From assembly GCA_022786965.1 (NCBI GenBank), contig JALFXH010000004.1, forward strand, positions 1-5,824: DNA of 5,824 bases, in the 5' to 3' direction. This stretch comes from Clostridiales bacterium (lineage in GTDB: Bacteria; Bacillota; Clostridia; Oscillospirales; Oscillospiraceae). The notes under the pieces were generated by a model that saw only the letters and a list, made by a program, of their open reading frames with translations, made no database searches and was not told where the DNA came from. The number at the start of each line of letters is the position of its first letter. Positions within the stretch are counted from its first letter, which is position 1. Positions 1-5,100 of this stretch are shown piece after piece. A program made the position numbers and the translations under genes.

Positions 1-1
1 A

Positions 2-1258
2 AATACCGAAAGTGTCCAGCCCAGCGCCGAGTACCGGGAGGCTCTGTTGGTGCTGGATGATACCAGCTACCTCCATGTTCAGCCCTGTGACACCGGCTGG
101 GACTATACGCTCTACGATGTGGTAACCATGAAGCAGATGGACGGCGGCCAGTTAAACGGGCCGGATATGGGCCGTTCCACAGCGGTAAACCATATCTGCG
201 AGGACCTGGGAATGGGCGGCAAGTCCATCAAGTATGAGCCGCTGTCTATGATCGAAACTTTGCAGGAGGCGGCCTCCCAGCAGATGCAGGAGCAGGTCAG
301 CCAGCAGACCGCAGAAACCGCCGCCCAGCTGCCGGATGCCCAGGAACAGGCGTTGGACGAGTATCCCATGCCGGACCCGGTGCTGACCCAGGACGATCTG
401 GAGAAATGCGGCTGTCTGGACAGCGACCTTCTGCCCCTCTCCAAAGAGCGGGCCTATGAGTTGATGGAGCGTGACCTGACCGTTTACATTATCCAGGAGG
501 GCGAAAATCCGGTGATGGCCTTTGACACCGCCGACCTGGACGCCCATGACGGTATCTTCGCCCTGCCCCGCGAGGAATGGGAGGAAAGCCCGGAGTTTGA
601 TAAGCTGGTCAAGGACCGCATGGCCCACCAGGAGGAACGGGAGCAGGCATTTCTCACCCACAAGGGGGACTGCTTTGCCATTTATCAGGTGAAACACACC
701 GACGAGTTGCGGGACATCCGCTACGAGGGCCTGGAATGGCTCCAATCCATCGGGCGGACGGTGCAGAGGGAAAACTATGAGCTGGTCTACACCGCTCCGT
801 TGCTGCCTTCTGATCTGAAAGGCGATACCGCTGAACAGCTCTTTTACCGCTTCAACAATGAACATCCTGTCGATTATGGCCATCCGTCCATGAGCGTCAG
901 CGACATCGTTGCCATCAAGCGGGATGGCAAGGTATCCTGTCATTACTGCGACAGCTTCGGCTTTGAGCAGGTTCCCGGATTTCTGCCGGACAATCCGCTG
1001 AAGAACGCGGAAATGGCGGTGGAGGATGACTACGGCATGATCGACGGAATCATCAACAACGGCCCCAAGGAGCCGATGGTGGCCCAGCTGGAACAGCAGG
1101 CCCGCAGCGGCCAGCCGACCTTCCTCATGGATTTGGCTGTCGCCACCCACCGGGAGGACCGGCAAAAGAAAAAGTCCGTCATGAAGCAGTTGAAAAGCCA
1201 GCCTAAGACGGAACCAAAAAAGGCAGCGCAAAAAAAGAGCGCGGAAAGGGAGCTTTGA
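2..1258 (+). CDS. YodL-like / DUF4316-like conjugative-element protein (5' end probably outside the window; alternative internal starts TTG47 or GTG50)
   Basis: The reading frame is open from base 2 to TGA 1256-1258. The track ORF starts at TTG47, with GGGAGG at 36-41 just upstream, and GTG50 is also possible. However, the 15 codons upstream keep the GC-rich third-position pattern, so the true start may lie upstream of the window. The translation carries a YodL-like signature at about nt 671-982 (FAIYQVKHTDELRDIRYEGLEWL...YELVYTAPL...EQLFYRFNNEHPVDYGHPSMSVSDIVAIKRDGKVSCHYCDSFGFEQV). A DUF4316-like motif NPLKNAEMAVEDDYGMIDGIINNG follows at about nt 992-1063, then a Lys-rich basic tail. Recognition is from memory of these families, not from a search. 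Confidence 0.8.
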   Translation, partial: NTESVQPSAEYREALLVLDDTSYLHVQPCDTGWDYTLYDVVTMKQMDGGQLNGPDMGRSTAVNHICEDLGMGGKSIKYEPLSMIETLQEAASQQMQEQVSQQTAETAAQLPDAQEQALDEYPMPDPVLTQDDLEKCGCLDSDLLPLSKERAYELMERDLTVYIIQEGENPVMAFDTADLDAHDGIFALPREEWEESPEFDKLVKDRMAHQEEREQAFLTHKGDCFAIYQVKHTDELRDIRYEGLEWLQSIGRTVQRENYELVYTAPLLPSDLKGDTAEQLFYRFNNEHPVDYGHPSMSVSDIVAIKRDGKVSCHYCDSFGFEQVPGFLPDNPLKNAEMAVEDDYGMIDGIINNGPKEPMVAQLEQQARSGQPTFLMDLAVATHREDRQKKKSVMKQLKSQPKTEPKKAAQKKSAEREL

Positions 1259-1259
1259 T

Positions 1260-1475
1260 ATGAACAACTTCACCTTTGAGGAAACGAGCCTTCTTTGCAT
1301 CTATAACACCGGCAGCCGCACCGGGCTGATCGACGCTCTGACGGAGATGCGCGGCGAGCTTTCGACGGATGAAGCCGAGTTGCGGAAGTTGACGGACAGC
1401 GCCATGGAGAAACTCCAGGCTATGAGCGATGCCGAGTTTGCTGAGCTGGAGCTGTACCCGGATTTTGAAACTTGA
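1260..1475 (+). CDS. small 'transposon-transfer assisting' family protein (71 aa)
   Basis: ATG 1260 lies 1 nt after the upstream stop (TGAtATG), and an SD GGGAG at 1248-1252 sits 7 nt upstream, which indicates translational coupling. The sequence MNNFTFEETSLLCIYNTGSRTGLIDALTEMRGEL...MSDAEFAELELYPDF matches my recollection of the small acidic family annotated as transposon-transfer assisting protein in Clostridia conjugative transposons. The stop is TGA 1473-1475. Confidence 0.8.
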   Translation: MNNFTFEETSLLCIYNTGSRTGLIDALTEMRGELSTDEAELRKLTDSAMEKLQAMSDAEFAELELYPDFET

Positions 1476-1479
1476 TTGC

Positions 1480-1507
1480 TTGTAAGTAATGAGAAATGTG
1501 GTATAAT
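1480..1507 (+). promoter_or_regulatory. SigA/sigma70-type promoter with extended -10
   Basis: The -35 is TTGTAA (1480-1485), followed by a 16-nt spacer and then TGgTATAAT (1499-1507), a perfect TATAAT with the TGn extension. It sits immediately after the stop of the preceding gene. The predicted transcription start is around 1513-1515. Confidence 0.6.
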
Positions 1508-1754
1508 TCAAAAGCAGAAAACGCCGAGCCAAGCCTCAGTTGAGGAAGGTGTAACGACTGGACACGGAGCATCCCATGTGGATGAAGGCACAGTCTGAAC
1601 TTATGGGTGACCATAAGAGCTACACAGAAATGATGTAGTCCCACAATAGTGGTGTAACAATGATGAACAAGTAGCATGAAGAATGTGAAAAGAATCGCCT
1701 CGAGCCTTGCAAAGCTCTGGGGCAAGTAGATTTTCAGTTCCGTACTAAAACAGG

Positions 1755-1768
1755 CAACTGATCAGTTG
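1755..1768. repeat. perfect 14-nt palindrome CAACTGATCAGTTG (contains GATC)
   Basis: The sequence reads the same on both strands. Flanking bases 1749-1753 and 1770-1774 extend the pairing with one G-G mismatch. A second 8-nt palindrome, AGCCGGCT, follows at 1784-1791. Confidence 0.9.
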
Positions 1769-2110
1769 GTTGTTCGTTTGCTCAGCCGGCTTTAGAAAAG
1801 TAAAAGTAAGCCACGCAAAAAGAAATCAACCAAGAGGCGTGTAATAAAATTCTTGGCTCTGATCCTAAGCATCGGAACCATGTGCTTGTGCTTGGTTTCT
1901 GATTAGATGCTCATAAGCTCAAATGACAATGTGGCTACAATCGTTGTCGTGGAAACAAACCATTGTAGCGCCGACGAAGAGGAGGTATTCAGTTGCCTCC
2001 CCATGCAGCAATGTATGGAAAACAACTCCGTAAATTCGGTGAAAGTCTGCACTAAGGGGTAGCCTATGTAATAGGTTACCCTCTACTATTAAACATTAAA
2101 ATATCAGATT

Positions 2111-2148
2111 GAAGCAGGAAATCTTTCGGGATTTCCTGCTTCTCTTTT
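2111..2148 (+). terminator. Rho-independent terminator
   Basis: GAAGCAGGAAATC (2111-2123) pairs perfectly with GATTTCCTGCTTC (2130-2142), giving a 13-bp stem. The loop is the 6-nt TTTCGG, and the stem is followed by TCTTTTA (2143-2149). Confidence 0.75.
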
Positions 2149-2161
2149 ACCCAAAAACGAA

Positions 2162-2167
2162 AGGAGG
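2162..2167 (+). promoter_or_regulatory. Shine-Dalgarno of the giant ORF
   Basis: AGGAGG lies 10 nt upstream of ATG 2178. The nearest upstream in-frame stop is TAA 2097-2099, and no earlier in-frame ATG exists. Confidence 0.7.
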
Positions 2168-2177
2168 ACAAGCAACT

Positions 2178-5100
2178 ATGCCATCCAAAGCTGAATTTTA
2201 CCGGCAGATGGCCGAACAGGTATCGACCCAGCTTGTGGGCAGCTGGAAGGAATGGACGGCTTTTCTTACCACTGCCGCCCGCCTTTATAAATACCCGTTC
2301 CATGAGCAGATGATGATATACGCCCAGCGCCCGGACGCTACCGCCTGCGCCGAGTATGACCTATGGAATGACAAAATGGGTCGGTATGTGCGCCGTGGCT
2401 CCAAGGGCATTGCCCTGGTGGACGATTCCGGCGACAAGCCCCGCCTGCGCTATGTGTTTGATATTTCCGATACTGGCACCCGTGAACATTCCCGTACACC
2501 CTGGTTGTGGCAGTTGGAAGAACAGCATATCGGCCCTGTGTCGGCCATGTTGGAGCGCAGCTACGGCGTTGCCGGTGACGATCTCGCCCAGCAGCTCACC
2601 GATGTGGCCGGAAAGCTGGCGAGTGAGTATTGGGACGAGCATCAGAGGGACTTTCGCTACATCGTTGACGATTCGTTCCTTGCGGAGTACGATGATTACA
2701 ACATCGAAGTCCAGTTTAATTCCGCCGCCACCGTCAGTATCGCCTATGCCCTGATGTCCCGCTGTGGGCTGGAGCCGGAAAACTACTTCCAGCATGAGGA
2801 CTTCATGGCGATTTTCGATTTCAACACCCCGGCCACTATTGGCGCGCTGGGAACGGCAGTCAGCCAGATCAACCAGCAGGTTTTGCGGCAGATTGGCGTC
2901 ACCATCCAGAACTATGAGCGTGAACATATCGCGGAAAGGAGCGTTACACATGGAGAACAGCCTGACTTACACGAGGAACGGAGATTACCTGATTCCCGAC
3001 CTGAAGCTGACCGAGCAGCCGGAGAAGCCCCTGGGCAAGTACGGCAGGATGCGGAAAGCGTACTTGAAGGAACACCGGCCCCTGATCTACAACCAGCTGT
3101 TGTTGACGGAGAAACTGTACCCGCACTTGCTGGAGATCGACGAGACGGCGAACAGCCGTCTGGAGCAGATGATGCCTCAGCTGGCGAAAGACGCGGGCGC
3201 GACGGAGGAGCTGAAAGCCCGCGATCCGATGCGCTGGGTGGGCCTGATGAACACCTGCAAAGCACAGGCAGAGGAGATTCTGATGACGGAGCTTATTCAC
3301 AGCTGAGTTTCTTCCTCTCCGAAGCAGAACAAATCAGAATCATAGATGAAGCAGAGAATGTGAAAACATACTCTGCTTTTTCTTTTGCCCAGGAACAGCC
3401 GCAGCCAGAAACTACCGGCCATGAGGCAGAGTCGGCAAAACTGACCCTCCGGGAACTGCATGAGCAATACAAGCCCATCGTGCTGGAGGCTGTTACCCAG
3501 GACACCAGATACCGAAACGCCTGCGGTCACAGTGACTATGAAAATGCCGTGATCGAGGGTAATGCCGCCATCCGCCGTGCTGTCCTGGGGTCTGGAAACA
3601 TGGAGCTGCTCCGCCTCTATTCCGACACGCCGGAGTTCCGTCAGCGTCTTCATTGGGAAATCATCGACGAGACCTATCCCAAGCTCCACGAGCTGCTGCG
3701 CCCTCTCTCGGACAATAACATCGACAAAGCTATCCAGGACTGGAACGGAAAAATCGAAAGTAAACACGCCGTTGTCCGTTACATGGAGAAGCATGGGCGG
3801 GAAAAAGACACCGCCGCATGGCTGGCCCATGAGTTTGACGGCAGCGACGGCAAGACTCCGTTTTCGGTTCGCCCAGAAAGCCCTGAAGGAACGGTGCTGC
3901 CCTGGCCCAAGGTACAGCGCCGGATTGCCCAGCTCATCAAGGAGAATCGGTTCTACACCGAAGCGGAACAGGACCGATTTGACAACATCGACCCTATCGC
4001 CATCCGGGAGGCGCTGGCAGAGCGCGGCATTGTGAATGGTGAGCTGGTGGACGAGGAAAAGCTGGACAATGACTCGTTCATCCAGCGTGTTATGGCGGAT
4101 GTGGAGCAGATTGCCGCTGAAGAACAGGAGCAATCAATCGAACCGCTCTCCGATGCCGAGTATGCCCGCCAGAACCTCATTCCGGGCGAAACCACCTTTG
4201 CGTTGGATGGACGCACTTTCCAGGTCAGCAAGCTGGAACCAGATATCGACCGGGTAGAGCTGCAAGATGTGACCTTTGCAAACGCGGCGGGATTCCCCAT
4301 CTTCCGGGTTGAGCCAATTTCAGTGATCCGTCAGCATTTGGAGCAGGAACCAGAACCGCCCACGCCTGCTGTCGAGCCGGAAAAAACTCTGGATGAGGTG
4401 CTGGACGAACATCCCGTTTCCATTCAGGTAAATGGCGAGTGGCAGACCTTCCCCAATGTCAAAGCTGCCGAGGAAGCCTCTTATGAGGAATACAAGGCCA
4501 ATCTGCGCCGCACCGCCGAGAATTTCCGTATCACCGACGATCACCTGGGCGAAGGCGGCCCGAAAGCCAAGTTCCAGGACAATATCACAGCAATCAAACT
4601 ACTGAAACATCTGGAGGAAACCACCGGGCAGGCAACGCCGGAACAGCAGAAAATCCTTTCCCGGTATGTGGGCTGGGGCGGGTTGGCGGATGCCTTTGAC
4701 CCCGACAAAGAAAGCTGGAGCAAGGAATATGCCCAGCTGAAGGAGCTGCTGACCCCGGAAGAATATGCCGCTGCCAGAGGTTCCACCCTCAACGCGCACT
4801 ACACCAGCCCTACGGTCATCAAAGCGATTTACGAGGCTGTGGGCCGTATGGGATTTGAGACCGGCAACATCCTGGAGCCGTCCTGTGGTGTGGGCAATTT
4901 CTTCGGTATGCTGCCGGAGGAAATGCAAAACAGCCGTCTTTACGGCGTGGAGCTGGATTCCATCAGCGGGCGTATTGCCCAGCAGCTCTATCCCAAGGCC
5001 GACATCACTGTGGCAGGGTTTGAGACCACCGACAGGCGGGATTTCTACGATCTGGCGGTGGGCAATGTTCCGTTTGGCCAGTATCAGGTTCGGGATAAAG

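Larger units (their letters stand above)
1513..2148 (+). ncRNA. candidate ~0.63 kb structured non-coding RNA or long 5' leader (family unknown)
   Basis: The candidate is bounded by the promoter at 1480-1507 and the terminator at 2111-2148. No + strand ORF in it exceeds about 20 codons. Positions 1501-2160 are 285/660 = 43% G+C by hand count, lower than the flanking coding sequence. Many local helices can be paired by eye: 1620-1624/1634-1638; 1749-1774; 1830-1835/1851-1856; 1868-1873/1906-1911 stacked on 1874-1880/1893-1899; 1934-1941/1962-1969; 1981-1985/1996-2000; 2001-2007/2012-2018 with a GCAA loop; and 2056-2067/2071-2082. The ends and the fold are predictions only. Confidence 0.45.

Noticed and set aside
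152-1300. 382-aa minus-strand ORF, together with the similar minus-strand ORFs at 112-444, 484-681, 2361-2951, 2912-3265, 2944-3300, 3297-4133, 3953-4300, 4320-4544, 4541-4792 and 4599-5786
   Set aside because: Each one lies antisense to a + strand gene with a recognisable domain signature and G/C-biased third positions. Their translations are L/R/G/V/H-rich with no recognisable motifs. Long stop-free antisense frames are expected in GC-rich coding DNA.
1476-1481. TTGCTT as the -35 box of the promoter
   Set aside because: It would leave a 20-nt spacer to TATAAT (1502-1507). TTGTAA at 1480-1485, with a 16-nt spacer plus the TGn extension, is the better fit.
1509-1520. The 5' end AAGCAG(A)AAA resembles the 5' arm of the terminator (GAAGCAGGAAA, 2111-2121) and could act as an antiterminator by pairing with the 3' arm
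   Set aside because: Only about 6 contiguous base pairs are possible, part of the segment may lie upstream of the transcription start, and it would compete against a perfect local 13-bp stem. That is too weak to propose as a switch.
1576-1638. 20-codon + strand mini-ORF (MWMKAQSELMGDHKSYTEMM) with GGAG 6 nt upstream, and a 17-codon ORF at 1676-1729
   Set aside because: ORFs this short are expected by chance. The SD is weak for the first and absent for the second, and the peptides have no distinctive composition. They are kept only as a note in case homolog alignments show frame conservation.
1420-1725. 101-aa minus-strand ORF covering the 5' third of the non-coding element, plus minus-strand ORFs at 1203-1532 and 2076-2303
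   Set aside because: The 101-aa ORF has a TTG start with no SD, runs antisense through the strong + strand promoter and overlaps the end of the 1260-1475 gene. A rough estimate gives about 0.5 stop-free intervals of this length expected by chance in 700 nt over six frames at 43% GC. ORF 2076-2303 runs through the terminator hairpin and the 5' end of the giant ORF.
1476-2177. Group II intron, T-box or riboswitch leader, tRNA/tmRNA, CRISPR array, retron msr/msd, or type III toxin-antitoxin repeats as explanations for the non-coding region
   Set aside because: The region has no GUGYG 5' end and no domain-V-like hairpin, so it is not a group II intron. It has no T-box sequence or specifier architecture, and no cloverleaf or acceptor/T-arm signatures. 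The only direct repeats are 6-8 nt (GGTGTAAC at 1548-1555 and 1651-1658; CAAGTAG at 1668-1674 and 1723-1729), which is not array-like. No reverse transcriptase or toxin gene is adjacent in the window.
2356-2754. + strand off-frame ORFs inside the giant ORF (2356-2754, 3562-4035, 4036-4257, 4765-5115, 5170-5496)
   Set aside because: They are in the +1 frame relative to a frame with clear ArdC-N and methyltransferase motifs. Their translations are S/R/P/W/T-rich and low in complexity, they have no SD, and the third-position G/C bias follows the giant-ORF frame in these intervals, unlike at 2950-3306.
2764-2949. N-terminal extension of the TnpV ORF as listed in the track (start at 2764, 180 aa)
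   Set aside because: The extension (MGWSRKTTSSMRTSWRFSISTPRPLLARW...) looks like off-frame translation of the ArdC-N-like segment. TnpV-family proteins are about 120 aa as far as I recall, and ATG 2950 has a well-spaced AAGGAG.
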